Positions 20,761 to 32,058 of a stretch of 64,000 bases of DNA are shown here, in pieces. The notes below the pieces were generated by a model that had not been told where the DNA came from, made no database searches, and worked only from the letters and a program-made list of their open reading frames with translations. Numbering within the stretch: the first letter of the stretch is position 1; every line of letters begins with the position of its first letter. Origin of the DNA: Candidatus Binatia bacterium (GTDB lineage Bacteria > Desulfobacterota > Binatia > Bin18); assembly GCA_963666315.2 (NCBI GenBank), contig CAXXHG010000022.1:32001-96000 (forward strand), in the 5' to 3' direction. The position numbers were made by a program, and so were the translations under genes.

Positions 20761-22067
20761 ATACTGAAGCGGCTTTGAGCGCGGCCCTGGATGGAACCGT
20801 CATCATCGAAAGCGGCGATGAGCGCGGGGAATTCGCCGGCGTACTGCTGGCATCATTTGGTGCCGAGGTGATCAAATTGGAGGGCCGCCAAGGATCTTAC
20901 TCGCGCCGCCTGGGGCCCTTCGCATCATCTATATCCGCCACATCTACTTCATTATCGCAACCCGATCCGGAACAGAGTCTGTGTTTCTGGCGTTACAACC
21001 TGGGCAAGAAGAGCGTCAGCCTTGAGGTTGACCATCCAGGAGCGCGCGACGTACTGGGACGTCTCGGACAGCGCGCCGATGTCATCATCGATTCTGGCGA
21101 GGCAGCCGACGTGGACCGGCGGCTCAGGCTGTATCGTGAGATGCAGGCCTCGAATCCGCGCCTCATTGTCTGCACGATCACGCCCTTTGGGCTCGACGGT
21201 CCCTATCGTGATTTCACGATGACGGACCTGACACAATTAGCAATGGGCGGAGTGATGGCGTCGTGCGGATACGATCCGCGATCCGACGGAATTTACGACA
21301 CACCGCCGATCGCTCCCGGAATGTGGCAAGCTTACCATATCGCGTGTGAGTACGCTGTGATTGCGATCACGGCGGCGCTCAATTATCGCGAGCTGCGCGA
21401 GCTGACGGGCGAGGGCGATTGCGGCGATTGTATTGATGTGTCGATTCACGAAGCGGTCAGCACCTGCACTGAGGTCGCTCTGCCAAGCTACATATACAAT
21501 GAAAAGGTTGTGCAGCGGCAGACCGGACGCCATGCGGGTGTGGGCCGGACCCCGCCGTGGCTACGCCGGACAAAAGACGGACGCTACGTCAAGGCATTCT
21601 TATTTTGGGACGGCCGCGATGTGCGGGTCATCACCGAGATGCTGAATGAGGCCGGCATTGAACACGATCTCGAATCTGGCGCCTACCGCGAATTAGCCGA
21701 GCGTTCGCCGTCCGAGGCGCATGCGCATTTCAGCGCGCTGATCGACACCCTGGTTGCGTCCATGACCGCTGAGGAGGTGTTTCATCGCGCCCAGGCCAAA
21801 GGCTTATTGTGGGCAAGCGTCAGATTTCCCGAGGAGAATATCGACGACCCACATTTCCAGGCACGCGGTACCTTTCAGTCGATCCGTCAGCCTGGACTCG
21901 GCCGCGATCTCTCTTACCCCGTCTCCGTCGCCACGGACGGCCGGCAGCGCATGACGGCCTTCCGGCGTGGGGTACCGCATTTAGGCGAGCACACTCAGGA
22001 GGTCCTTCGGCAGGCGGGCTTCAACGACGCTGAAATAAGCGCACTGGCTGTGCAGGGCGCTATATAA
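20757..22067 (+). CDS. CoA-transferase family III partner subunit
   Basis: GAEVIKLE, NLGKKSV, ITPFGLDGPY, PHLGEHT; overlaps the upstream stop codon. Confidence 0.85.
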   Translation: MNTEAALSAALDGTVIIESGDERGEFAGVLLASFGAEVIKLEGRQGSYSRRLGPFASSISATSTSLSQPDPEQSLCFWRYNLGKKSVSLEVDHPGARDVLGRLGQRADVIIDSGEAADVDRRLRLYREMQASNPRLIVCTITPFGLDGPYRDFTMTDLTQLAMGGVMASCGYDPRSDGIYDTPPIAPGMWQAYHIACEYAVIAITAALNYRELRELTGEGDCGDCIDVSIHEAVSTCTEVALPSYIYNEKVVQRQTGRHAGVGRTPPWLRRTKDGRYVKAFLFWDGRDVRVITEMLNEAGIEHDLESGAYRELAERSPSEAHAHFSALIDTLVASMTAEEVFHRAQAKGLLWASVRFPEENIDDPHFQARGTFQSIRQPGLGRDLSYPVSVATDGRQRMTAFRRGVPHLGEHTQEVLRQAGFNDAEISALAVQGAI

Positions 22068-22441
22068 GCGCTGCCAATTTCACCTCAAGTTGCTCAATGC
22101 CTACCTGGTCTACCTGTTAAGAGGCGAGCTCCTGCTTGCCTCTCAGGACAGCGGTTCGGGGGCGCGGAGAATCTCCTGCCAGAAGAGGGGTCATATGCTA
22201 GTCTTGCCGAGCGCTTAGCATGTGGCGCGAGGTGACGGTGCCCCAAAACATTGGTGTGAGAAAGATTACCCCAGAAGCTCACCATAGGTGAGCTTTATCC
22301 TCTTTCCCGATAACTCGACAAAGCCTAATCCAGGGCGGCTGAAGCAAGTCAAGCATGCGTCCAAACAGCGGCAGCTCTAGAGCCTGCAGGTTTCGCCTGG
22401 TATATTCGGCCACAGTACGAGGCTGAAGGAGGACATACCTT

Positions 22442-23326
22442 ATGAACGGAAACCTTGAGGTTCGACGTCTTTCGGGCGCTCTCGGCGCTGAGGTTCGCGG
22501 CCTCACGCTGGGGCAGGTCGGCCCGGCAGAGGCCGAGATGGTACAGTCTCTACTCATGGAGCACCTGGTGCTCTTCTTTCCAGAACAATATGTGACTCCT
22601 GAGGAGCACATTGCGTTCGGTCGCCACTTCGGACCCATCGAAGGGCACCCTCACCTCCACAACCTGCCTGGCTATCCTGAGATCTTCGACCTGGCGGCCA
22701 GCCGCGGCGGGGTCGCGGATGAGTGGCACAGTGACATTACCTTCCAGCCGCATCCGTCCGTGCTGGCCATCCTCAATATGGTGCAGTGTCCCGAGGTCGG
22801 CGGCGACACCTTGTGGGCCAATATGTATGCAGCCTACGAAGGGCTGTCAGCGCCGCTCCGGGACTTGTGCGATGGCCTGACCGCCCTGCATGATGCAAGC
22901 CCACATGGTAAGCCCGAAAAGATGGCCGTTCATCCGGTGGTGCGTGTTCATCCTGTCACCAAACGCAAGTCCCTGTTTGTCAACGAACACTTCACCCGAC
23001 GCCTTGTTGAACTTAGCCACGAGGAGAGCGACGTGTTACTCGGCTACCTGACACGCTGGGTGTCACAGTCGCGCTTCACCGTCCGCTATCGCTGGAGCGA
23101 AGGTACGGTTGCGATGTGGGACAATCGGTGCACGCAGCACTTTGTACTGAACGACTTCGATGCAGAACGCATTATCCAGCGTGTCACAGTAACGGGCGAC
23201 ACCCCCGAGGGCGCCTGCCCGCCGCGCTGGGAACCCTACATCCGTACGCAGAACCTAGGGGCAAGCAGCCGCCACGATAGCCAGCTGAACGAATACCTCG
23301 GTCGTCGAGCGGAGACAGTGGGCTAA
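22442..23326 (+). CDS. TauD/TfdA-family Fe(II)/2-oxoglutarate dioxygenase
   Basis: WHSD, GGDTLW, HPVVRVHP, WDNRCTQH. Confidence 0.93.
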   Translation: MNGNLEVRRLSGALGAEVRGLTLGQVGPAEAEMVQSLLMEHLVLFFPEQYVTPEEHIAFGRHFGPIEGHPHLHNLPGYPEIFDLAASRGGVADEWHSDITFQPHPSVLAILNMVQCPEVGGDTLWANMYAAYEGLSAPLRDLCDGLTALHDASPHGKPEKMAVHPVVRVHPVTKRKSLFVNEHFTRRLVELSHEESDVLLGYLTRWVSQSRFTVRYRWSEGTVAMWDNRCTQHFVLNDFDAERIIQRVTVTGDTPEGACPPRWEPYIRTQNLGASSRHDSQLNEYLGRRAETVG

Positions 23327-23403
23327 ACTCCAGAAGATGCATCACTACGCAGCTAAGCTGGTTCAGAACATACGTTACACGGCAGATATGTGGGAGGAAC
23401 ATC

Positions 23404-23835
23404 ATGGCGAAGCTCAGACATATTGCAATCGCGACACAAAACGCTGAGGAGACGGCCAAGTTCTATGTTGAAACATTTGGCCTGACCCAGATCTCCAAGA
23501 TCGACACCCCTATCGTGTCGGGCGCTTTTCTCACCGATGGGACAATCAACCTAGAGATTTTAGACTTCAAGAACGACCAAGTCGCCGGCGTAGAGCGGGG
23601 CAAGGACTGGACAGGTATCCACCCCATCGGGTTTGAGGTCGAAAACCTAGAAGAAATCGCGCAGAAATTAGCCGCAGCCGATGCCGCTCCCCGAGATGAC
23701 ATCAACCAAGCCCTCGGTCTCGGCAGTGGCCGCCATGGTAATGCCGAGGTCAGATACAGCGGTCCCGACGGCGTGACGTTCGACGTCTCACAGACGGGCT
23801 GGGTCGGTACCGAACGCCACCCCAGAAAAACCTGA
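23404..23835 (+). CDS. VOC/glyoxalase family protein
   Basis: LRHIAI...FYVETFGL, GPDG. Confidence 0.85.
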   Translation: MAKLRHIAIATQNAEETAKFYVETFGLTQISKIDTPIVSGAFLTDGTINLEILDFKNDQVAGVERGKDWTGIHPIGFEVENLEEIAQKLAAADAAPRDDINQALGLGSGRHGNAEVRYSGPDGVTFDVSQTGWVGTERHPRKT

Positions 23836-24048
23836 AGACGAGAACGGACAGCGAAGGGACAGCCAAGGAACACCTTCACCCCTTCGACAAACTCAGGGCA
23901 GGCTCTAGCCCTCTTCCAGTGGGAGAGGGAAACCGGAGCGGAGCGACTGGGGGTGAGGGGAAACCCGGGTGGTAAACCCAAGTGAAAATCGTTTTAGTCG
24001 TAGCAGGGGGTAAATTCAGGACCTGACCTCTAATCCTATTTACTGCTC

Positions 24049-24507
24049 CTACTCCTTGACCATCTGCATCAGTTCGAGGGTCGTGCCAAACGGATCCTTG
24101 CAATACACTGCCTTCGCCGTGCCATAGCCGTCGAGGGTAAACGTCTGGGGTCGCGAGTAAAACTCCACGCCTTGGGTCCGTAGCGCCTCGTAGCTCTTTT
24201 CAATATCTTTCACCCAAAAGGCAATCTCAGTAATTCCATTGTGGGTGACTCCCGCATACGGCTGCCCACCCTGCCCAGCAGATTCGCTAAAGTAGAGCAG
24301 CTCAACCGGGGCGCTGCGGCGATCGTCTTCGTTGCGCAGGAACACCGACCGCACTTTTGTACCGGGCTCTCGGACCATATCACTAATCTCTTCCCCCTCG
24401 ATGGTATAATCACCGATCACCGTCAGTCCCAATACATCCTGATAGAAAGCAATGGCTTTTTCCATATCTGGGACTGTAATCCCTACATGTGCGACAGCTC
24501 CGAGCAT
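24049..24507 (-). CDS. VOC family protein
   Basis: HVGITVPDMEKAIAFY, DPFGTTLEL. Confidence 0.88.
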   Translation of the reverse strand: MLGAVAHVGITVPDMEKAIAFYQDVLGLTVIGDYTIEGEEISDMVREPGTKVRSVFLRNEDDRRSAPVELLYFSESAGQGGQPYAGVTHNGITEIAFWVKDIEKSYEALRTQGVEFYSRPQTFTLDGYGTAKAVYCKDPFGTTLELMQMVKE

Positions 24508-24762
24508 AATGACCTCCTTTTCCTTTGTGTGTCCGGGATTGTCCTGCTATTGGGGCGGGTTTGTCAAGCCGACAAGCGGGAAGAAGAAGCCATTCGCGAG
24601 CAAAATAATGACCCTCAATCCTTTTGTCAAATATGGACATGATAGAGGATCACGGCAGCAATCATTGCCGTCCGCCATCATCTTCTGGAACGCACGCATA
24701 CATGGCATAATGTCGATGGTTGGTCTGGCGGCCAAAGTCGACGATTTAAGGAGGGTAGGCAC

Positions 24763-26040
24763 ATGTCTGACACCGTGTTCACCAACATAATGATTTTCGA
24801 CGGCAGTGGAAGTGCGCCGTACTTGGGCGAGGTCCTCGTCCGGGATAAGCGCATTAAGACTATTGCTGGAGGCGCTCAGACAGTGATTAGGGACGGCGCT
24901 ACGGTGGTCGACGGCGACGGCGCCACACTGATGCCGGGCTTAGTCAACTGTCACGGGCATCCGACCTATCCCAATATGGGAGCAGATCTCTACGACACCG
25001 GTGAAATCCCGGTGGAGGAGCATGTGCTCATCACCATGCATAACGTGAAGACCATGCTCGATCACGGCTTCACCGCCCTCGTGAACGGCTCCTCTGCCAA
25101 GGCACGGCTCGATATCGTTATCCGCAACGAGATTAATGCCGGCAAGATCCCGGGGCCGCGGATGCAAGCTGCCACGCCGGAACTCACCGTTACCGGCGGT
25201 CTCGGCGACTTGGAGCAGATGCATATGTACCATGAGGGTTTCGCGGTGGTCCTCGACGGACCAGAAGAGATCCGGAAATACACCAGGCTGATGATCCGTG
25301 AGGGCGTCGACGTTATTAAACTGATGATTTCGGGTGACAACTTCGTGCGAACCGGTACCGCACAAATGACGGTGATGCAGGAGGACGAAGTGGCGGCATG
25401 CTGCAGTGTGGCGCACGCGCACAACCGGCGCGTGATCGCGCATGCACGCAGCGCTGAATCCGTCAAGATGTGCATCCGGCACGGCATCAAACTCATCTAC
25501 CACGCGAATTTCTGCGACGAGGAAGCGCTCGACCTGCTCGAAGCCAACAAGAACGAGTACTTCGTCAACCCAGCCATTGGTCTCAGTTATGCCACGCTGA
25601 ACCATATGGAAGAGTACGGCGTGACTCGAGCTATGGCCGAAGCATGGGGCTTTGATCGCGAGCTGGAAAGCGCCATCCAAAACACACAGGAACTACACAG
25701 ACGCGGGGTGCGCGTCTTGCCGTTTGGTGACTACGGCTTTGCCTGGAACCAGATCGGCACGGACACAAGGGACCTCGAACACTTTGTTAACCTGATGGGA
25801 TTCAGCCCGGCTGAAACGCTCAGGATGGCGACCAAGTCCGGCGGTGAGTGTTTCGGCGACCAGCTCGGGATGGTCAAAGAGGGCTATCTGGCCGATCTGA
25901 TCATAGTCGATGGCAATCCCGTCGAGGACATCACCCTACTCCAGGACGTAGACAAGCTCCTCATGATCATGAAGGACGGTGCGTTCCATAAGGAACCGCA
26001 GGTCAGACGGGCGGCACGACTGCGAACAGCTGCCGCCTAA
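24763..26040 (+). CDS. Metal-dependent amidohydrolase
   Basis: LMPGLVNCHGH, IKL, AHA, YH, GD, GYLADLIIVDGNP. Confidence 0.9.
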   Translation: MSDTVFTNIMIFDGSGSAPYLGEVLVRDKRIKTIAGGAQTVIRDGATVVDGDGATLMPGLVNCHGHPTYPNMGADLYDTGEIPVEEHVLITMHNVKTMLDHGFTALVNGSSAKARLDIVIRNEINAGKIPGPRMQAATPELTVTGGLGDLEQMHMYHEGFAVVLDGPEEIRKYTRLMIREGVDVIKLMISGDNFVRTGTAQMTVMQEDEVAACCSVAHAHNRRVIAHARSAESVKMCIRHGIKLIYHANFCDEEALDLLEANKNEYFVNPAIGLSYATLNHMEEYGVTRAMAEAWGFDRELESAIQNTQELHRRGVRVLPFGDYGFAWNQIGTDTRDLEHFVNLMGFSPAETLRMATKSGGECFGDQLGMVKEGYLADLIIVDGNPVEDITLLQDVDKLLMIMKDGAFHKEPQVRRAARLRTAAA

Positions 26041-26136
26041 CCGGATCAACGTCCTGAGTCTTTGTCTTCAGCTAGCCTGTTCATATTGAGGCCACGCTCT
26101 CAGCCGAGAGGGTAGTCGAAGCGCACAGGAGGCAAT

Positions 26137-27018
26137 ATGAAAGCATTCAAGGATCGGGTCGCCGTGGTCACTGGGGCAGCCAGTGGTTTCGGACGAGCCA
26201 TGACCGAGCGGTTTGCAGCCGAGGGGATGAAGGTTGCCCTGGCTGATGTTGAAGCAGAGGCACTCAGCAAAGCGGAACAAGAGCTCCAAGACCAAGGCGC
26301 GACTACCTTGAGCGTGGAGACCGATGTCTCCAAAGCCGACCAAGTCGAAGCCCTGGCTGATAAGACACTGGAAGCATTCGGGGCGGTCCATCTTGTGCGT
26401 AATAACGCTGGTGTCGCGTCTGGTGGCCTGTCCTGGAGTCAGCCACTTGCGGATTGGGAATGGGTGATCGGCGTCCATCTGTGGGGAGTGATTCATGGAG
26501 TTCGGACCTTTATCCCGATTCTACTCGACCAGAAAACCGAAGGGCATGTGGTGAATACTGCCTCAATGGCAGGCCTGCTGTCCGGCCCATTTGCTAATAT
26601 CTAGAATGTCACGAAACATGGGGTTGTGACGCTATCTGAGTCACTCTACCAGGAACTCGAATTGCAGAATGCACCAGTCAAAGTATCAGTGCTGTGTCCA
26701 GGATTTGTGAAAACGAATATCTTGGATTCAGACCGTAACCGTCCGGAGCAATTGCAAGCTTCTGAAAGCCCGGGGGACGAGGCGTCGCAGGCCATGCGCG
26801 AAGCCTTTCGTGTGTTCATTGACCAAGGCATGCCGCCTGCAAAGGTTGCAGAAAAGGTGTTCAATGCGGTGCGGGACGAACAGTTCTATATTCTTCCCCA
26901 TCCAGAGTTTCTTGCACCGCTACAGACCCGGATGGAAGATATTCTGGCCCGGCGCAATCCCACGATGGTACCGTTCGACCCCAATGCTCTTACTGGAACA
27001 AAAAACTCAGACAGTTAG
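26137..27018 (+). pseudogene. SDR oxidoreductase with TAG at the catalytic Tyr (26602-26604)
   Basis: TGAASGFG, NNAG, NTAS, I*NVTKHG in one frame. Confidence 0.88.
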
Positions 27019-27156
27019 CGCGTACAGAGCGTTGGGGCTGTCTGGAGAAAATGGGCACGGATCTATAATATGTCTTAGAAACTGTGTCTGACGAGGTGTC
27101 AAAGCTGCCAACCTGTCTGTTTCTCTGGTTATAATAGCGAGCAAGGAGGTGTCCAG

Positions 27157-27814
27157 ATGCTCTATGAGTTACGTACGTACGAAGCAATGCCGGGCAAGCT
27201 GCCGGCCCTCAATACACATCTCGAAGTCGCCGCGGGTTTATTCAAGAAGCATGGCCTGGGCGCGCTAGGATTCTGGACCGAGGGAGTTCGGCGCCAGTAT
27301 CCAAGTCACCTACATGTGGATGTACGAAACCTTCGAGGGCAGGCAGAAAAAACTGGAGAGGTTTGTATCGGACTCAGCCTGGCAGCAGCAAGTGGCGCAG
27401 GAGACGGAGCGAGAAGGAGCCATTGTCGCCAGAACTCACAACACCATGCTGCAACTGACCCCCTACTCGCCAGAACCCCAGATCAGGACGAAGGTACAGG
27501 AGTGGCGTATTTACGAGGCGGTGCCAGGTCGGCTACCCGACCTCCACAACCGGTTCGCCAACCATACGCTGGGTCTCTTTGAGAAGCACGGTATCGAAAA
27601 TATCGGCTACTGGACTGAAGTCTTCGGCACCAGCAATCGGCTAGTGTACATGCTGGGCTACCCTAGCCTGGGAGACAGAGAAAAGAGCTGGAAGGCATTC
27701 ATGAAGGACCCCGACTGGCAGAAGGCGCGGGCGGAGTCGGAGAAAAACGGCCCCCTGGTGGCGAAGGTCTACAACAGAATCCTGCGGCCGACGGCTTACT
27801 CGCCCACAGGCTGA
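27157..27814 (+). pseudogene. Two-domain NIPSNAP protein, frameshift ~27285
   Basis: YELRTY...PGK and WRIYEAVPGR repeats in different frames. Confidence 0.82.
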
Positions 27815-27888
27815 GGTCCGGCAACACCCGCTCGCAGCGCCCGCGTAGGCCAGCAGAGCGCGCGCGGGCGAGCACGGCACGAGGTCCG

Positions 27889-28439
27889 TCAGAAGCCCTT
27901 GACCCCTTTGTCCAGCTGCCCGCCGAAGGTATTCAGCGCCATGGACACTAGATTGTACTGGCCAACGGTAAAGACGACGTCCATAAGCTGCTGTGTATTG
28001 TAGCGCTCACTCAAGGCGGCCCAGGTTGCATCGCTGATAAAAGCGTCTGCATGCAATTCATCTGCAGCTCGCAACAAGCTGGCGTCAAACGCGTCCCAGC
28101 CTTCAGCATCCGGCCCTGCTTTGATGCGCGCGATCTCTTCGTCGGTGAGCCCGGCGTTCCTGCCGTACAGCACATGCTGCCCCACTCATATTCTGCCTGG
28201 CACAGCCAGCCGATTCGTAAAATCAGGATTTCCCGCTGCCTGGGCAGTAAGGTCGAAGTATCACCCATGATGTTAGAGCCCGACACCCCAAACTTTTTTG
28301 ACGCCACCCAATGCCGGGAAAGCGTGGCTCGTACATTGTAGACGCGCCCTTCGCGCTGGACGGGCTCCAGTACTTCTCGTTGTTCATCGGTCCATTCGGC
28401 CTCGGTCAGCGGTGCGATACGTGGTTGTGACAGTTTCAT
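27889..28439 (-). pseudogene. Carboxymuconolactone decarboxylase/AhpD-like protein, frameshift ~28185
   Basis: REILILRIGWLCQAEYEW then GQHV in another frame. Confidence 0.82.
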
Positions 28440-28487
28440 TGCAATCAATCCTTTCGAGAGTTGTTTAAGCGTTGTTATAGAAGGGTG

Positions 28488-29429
28488 CTAGCGTGTGTAG
28501 TGCAGTTGCAGCCCTGGCCGGGGCCAGTCCATGGCCACTAGTTTGCCCGTCAGGCTCAGCGTGATATAGGCCGTTTTCAGATCTGGTCCGCCAAAGCAAA
28601 TATTCGTCGTCAGAGGGTCTTGTGTAGGAACAAACTCAACCGACGAGCCATCGGGCGAGATGACGCTAATCCCGCCATTGATCAATGTTGCCACGCACAC
28701 ATTCCCGGCACTATCTACCCCGAGTGAATCGAGCAGTTGATAGCCAGGTAATCCAGCCAAGAGCTTGCCTCCTCCCGGTCCGGCCAGCAGGGCGCCACCC
28801 TCGCCGGTCTCACGGCTGAGTTCGCCGGGACTGGGAATAGGCCATTGCCAGACCCGGCCTTCAAAGGTCTGGGCCACATACAGATCGGTATCGCCGGGAG
28901 CCAGACCAATGCCATTCGGGCCATCGATGGGAAACACCATCTCTTTGATCAGCGAGCCATCAGTCTTGGCGTAATGCACAGCCGTGCGATCTCGCCGGCG
29001 CTCCTCAAATTTACCCGCATCGGTGAACCAGAACCCGCCCGTAGCGTCAAAAACGATATCATTCGGGCCACGCAGGGGATGACCATCACACTCGGTGTAG
29101 AGGGTTTCTACCTTGCCACTTGCCAGGTCAACGCGTTGAATGCTGCCATGGGTATAGCCGTCTGGCAGCTCCCCCGACGGTATAATCGTCCCATCGACTT
29201 CTAGCCATTCGAGCCCGCCATTATTACAGATATAGACCATGCCATCCGGACCAATCGCCGCTCCATTGGGCCCGCCGCCCGTTTCGGCCACGACTTCCTT
29301 CCTGCCATCGGGCGTGACGCGGGTGAGCGCCCCGCGCTTGATCTCAACCACGAGCACACTGCCATCGTTCATAGCGATAGGGCCTTCCGGAAATTGGAGG
29401 CCTGAGGTGATTTCTCGCATCTGTGGCAT
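28488..29429 (-). CDS. SMP-30/gluconolactonase family protein
   Basis: FPEGP, GPNG, PNDIVFD, TTNICFGG. Confidence 0.92.
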   Translation of the reverse strand: MPQMREITSGLQFPEGPIAMNDGSVLVVEIKRGALTRVTPDGRKEVVAETGGGPNGAAIGPDGMVYICNNGGLEWLEVDGTIIPSGELPDGYTHGSIQRVDLASGKVETLYTECDGHPLRGPNDIVFDATGGFWFTDAGKFEERRRDRTAVHYAKTDGSLIKEMVFPIDGPNGIGLAPGDTDLYVAQTFEGRVWQWPIPSPGELSRETGEGGALLAGPGGGKLLAGLPGYQLLDSLGVDSAGNVCVATLINGGISVISPDGSSVEFVPTQDPLTTNICFGGPDLKTAYITLSLTGKLVAMDWPRPGLQLHYTR

Positions 29430-29536
29430 TGTCCTTCTCCTTTGTCCCTTTTTGTGGGTGCGTTCGGTTCTGTCAGATTTCATGCCAGTTGGCTATCCCT
29501 GTTTGGATGCCATATAAACAGTTCAAGGAGTACGCC

Positions 29537-30019
29537 ATGCAACGCCTCGCCAACAAAATTGCTCTGGTCACCGGCGCCAGCAAAGGCATCGGAAAGGCTA
29601 CGCTGTGGCGGCAGGTCGTCGAGGTGAACCTGACCGCAGCGGCGCTGCTGACCAAGACCGTGCTGCCGTCTATGATAGCTCAGCGCTCGGGCAAGATCCT
29701 CAACATCTCCAGCCGCGGGGGTCGCAAGGGCGGCAAGGGCCGCAGTGCCTATCGGGTGACAAAGGCCGGCTTGATCAGCCTGACCGAGAGCGTGGCGGCT
29801 GAAGTCCAGCCATACGGCATCAGGGTCAACTGTATCTGTCCGGGTGGGGTGGATACCGAAGGCTACCGCGAAGCCTTTGGGAGTCGCAGGAACCGAGAAC
29901 TGATGCGGCCTGAAGAGATTGCAGAAGTGGCGGTGTTCCTGGCCTCGGAGGCCAGCTCTGCGATCAGCGGTGCGACAATCGATGCGTTCGGGGGGACCGA
30001 GCCCGCGGTTCATCGATAA
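29537..30019 (+). pseudogene. SDR with large in-frame internal deletion
   Basis: TGASKGIGKAT joined directly to LWRQVVEVNL; NNAG region missing; YRVTK retained. Confidence 0.8.
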
Positions 30020-30109
30020 TCATGGCAAGACACGAATGAATAAGGTTGCTGGCAGAGCCGTGAAAAAACCTTAGCGCGGGTTCGTTTAGGATTTCTGCTT
30101 CGATTTGCA

Positions 30110-30679
30110 GTGGGTTTTGTTTTGTCAGGCTTCCTTATCCCGCTTGCGCCAGCGAAAGGAGAAACGCAGAAAGGGCGAAACCCTCTTTACACCATTGCCT
30201 TTACCTCTCTTGTTCCCTGGGATTTGGATGTGTTTCTTGCCCATGCGGACGGTTCGGAGCCCGCACCCCTCCTGTCACATCCAGCCCTTGACTACAATGC
30301 GGCTTTCTTGCCGGATGGGAAGTGTGTTGTTTTCACCTCACACCGAGCTGGCAATGCCGACCTCTATCGGGCTCGTCTTGATGGCAGTGGCCTTGAGCGC
30401 CTCACCGATCATCCGGCCTTTGATGACGCAGCAGCCTTCTCGCCCGATAGTCAGCGGATGGCGTTCGTCTCAAGTCGCTCCGGACAGGCCGATATCTGGG
30501 TGCGAGACTTAGAGAGTCGAAAAACGTGGAATGTGACGGACGCACCCGGTGGGACTTTCGCCCAGCGTGGTCGCCGGACGGTCAGTGGCTCGCCTTCTCT
30601 TCCAATCGCGGTATGTGGAGGGAGAGCGATATTTACATCATCCGCCTTGATGGGCGGGTATGGTTTGTGGCTCCACTGA
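30110..30679 (+). pseudogene. TolB-like/PD40 repeat protein remnant (frameshifted, truncated)
   Basis: FSPDSQRMAFVSSRSG; PAWSPDGQWLAFSS in another frame. Confidence 0.7.
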
Positions 30680-30886
30680 AAACCCAGGCAACGATTCTCC
30701 GCCCAGAACAATTTTTGGCGGCCCCATCTGTATCGGGAAAAGTTTCCGCAAGAGCGCCCTATTGAACTCTCCTCTCAACTGGAGGCGCGCAACCAGGCTC
30801 AGGAGGCGGCCGGACGGCTGGTATTTGAGGAGAATGATAACAGCGGCTGAGCAAAGCAGGCAGGCGTCTTCGGGAATAGGAGAGCG

Positions 30887-31957
30887 CTAGGGGCGGGAAA
30901 GAAACACTTGGTGATACGGATTCTTGATGGGCAGCTTCTCGAACGTGGCGAACCCCGCCTCCACGGCTAGGCTGCGCGCCAGATTCTCGCCGATAGCAGA
31001 GCCCAGGCCCTCGCCGTTTTGAGCCAACGACACTGTTAGGCAGTGCATCGTGCTGGCGCCGTACAGGGTGCGCCCGAACGTATTGAGATTGTCCTCAAGC
31101 TGGTCGGATACCTCAGCTTCCGACCACAGAAAAGCGCCGTTGGGCTTCAACACGCGGCGAATACCAGCCAGCGCCGCCCGCGGCTGCGCCATGTCGTGAA
31201 TGCAATTGAAGGCCATGACCACGTCAAACCGCTCCTCGAAGGGGAGACTTTCTGCCGCAATCTGCTCAAAAGAAAGGCGGTCGCCAATCCCCGCTCGTTT
31301 GGCTTTCTCCCGAGCCCGCTCAAGCGAAGCCGCATCAACATCGTAACCGCGGAATCGTGCTGTGGGGAACGCAGCAGCGACCGGAATGAGACATTGCCCA
31401 GCGCCGCAGCCGACTTCCGCCGCCTCGCCGCCGTGCTCCAGTGTCTGCTGAATATCCGGTACCGCCGGAATCCACTGATCAGCCACCCACGTCTCATAGC
31501 CGACGTGGAACAGGCGCTCGATAGCTTCGACTATGTCTGGGCCGAAATCGGTAAATGGTACCCCGCCGCCGTTTTGAAAGACGTTCATCAGCTTATCCAG
31601 CTGTCGATAGCAGGCGACGGCGTACTGGAACGCCCCCGCCGTGAAGAAGGTTGTGTCTTCGTTTGCCAGGACCATGGCCTGCTCGGGGTTCATCCGGAAC
31701 CTGCCCTCCGCCGGGCTGTAGTCGAGATAGCCGGCCGCCGCCATTGTGGCCGCCCATTCGCGTACGTAGCGCTCGGTCAGCCCAGTTTGCGTCGCGATTT
31801 CTGCCGTGGTCAGAGCCGTGCCTGGCGCCAGCGCTTTGAACAGGCCCAAGCGATCTCCCACATATGCCAGCGCAACCGTCATGGCCGCCCCGAAGTCGGT
31901 GCCGACCTGGCGGGCAAGCGCGGCGACTTTTTTCCGATCGTATCCATCGGAGTCCAT
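30887..31957 (-). CDS. Class I SAM-dependent methyltransferase with N-terminal wHTH
   Basis: GDRLGLFKAL, ERYVREW, EVGCGAG, HDM. Confidence 0.9.
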   Translation of the reverse strand: MDSDGYDRKKVAALARQVGTDFGAAMTVALAYVGDRLGLFKALAPGTALTTAEIATQTGLTERYVREWAATMAAAGYLDYSPAEGRFRMNPEQAMVLANEDTTFFTAGAFQYAVACYRQLDKLMNVFQNGGGVPFTDFGPDIVEAIERLFHVGYETWVADQWIPAVPDIQQTLEHGGEAAEVGCGAGQCLIPVAAAFPTARFRGYDVDAASLERAREKAKRAGIGDRLSFEQIAAESLPFEERFDVVMAFNCIHDMAQPRAALAGIRRVLKPNGAFLWSEAEVSDQLEDNLNTFGRTLYGASTMHCLTVSLAQNGEGLGSAIGENLARSLAVEAGFATFEKLPIKNPYHQVFLSRP

Positions 31958-32058
31958 GCTGCTATCCCCTCTCACTCACTGTGTTCACAGCGAGAACCCT
32001 GGATCGAAAAACTCGCTATCCAAAGATGTGCCTGTTATGCTCATGCGAGCCCAGCTTT

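Noticed and set aside
22070-22440. Possible riboswitch or ncRNA in long intergenic regions (also 5272-5810 and 33960-34350)
   Set aside because: Only isolated hairpins and no family motif I can recognise; an Rfam/Infernal search would be needed.
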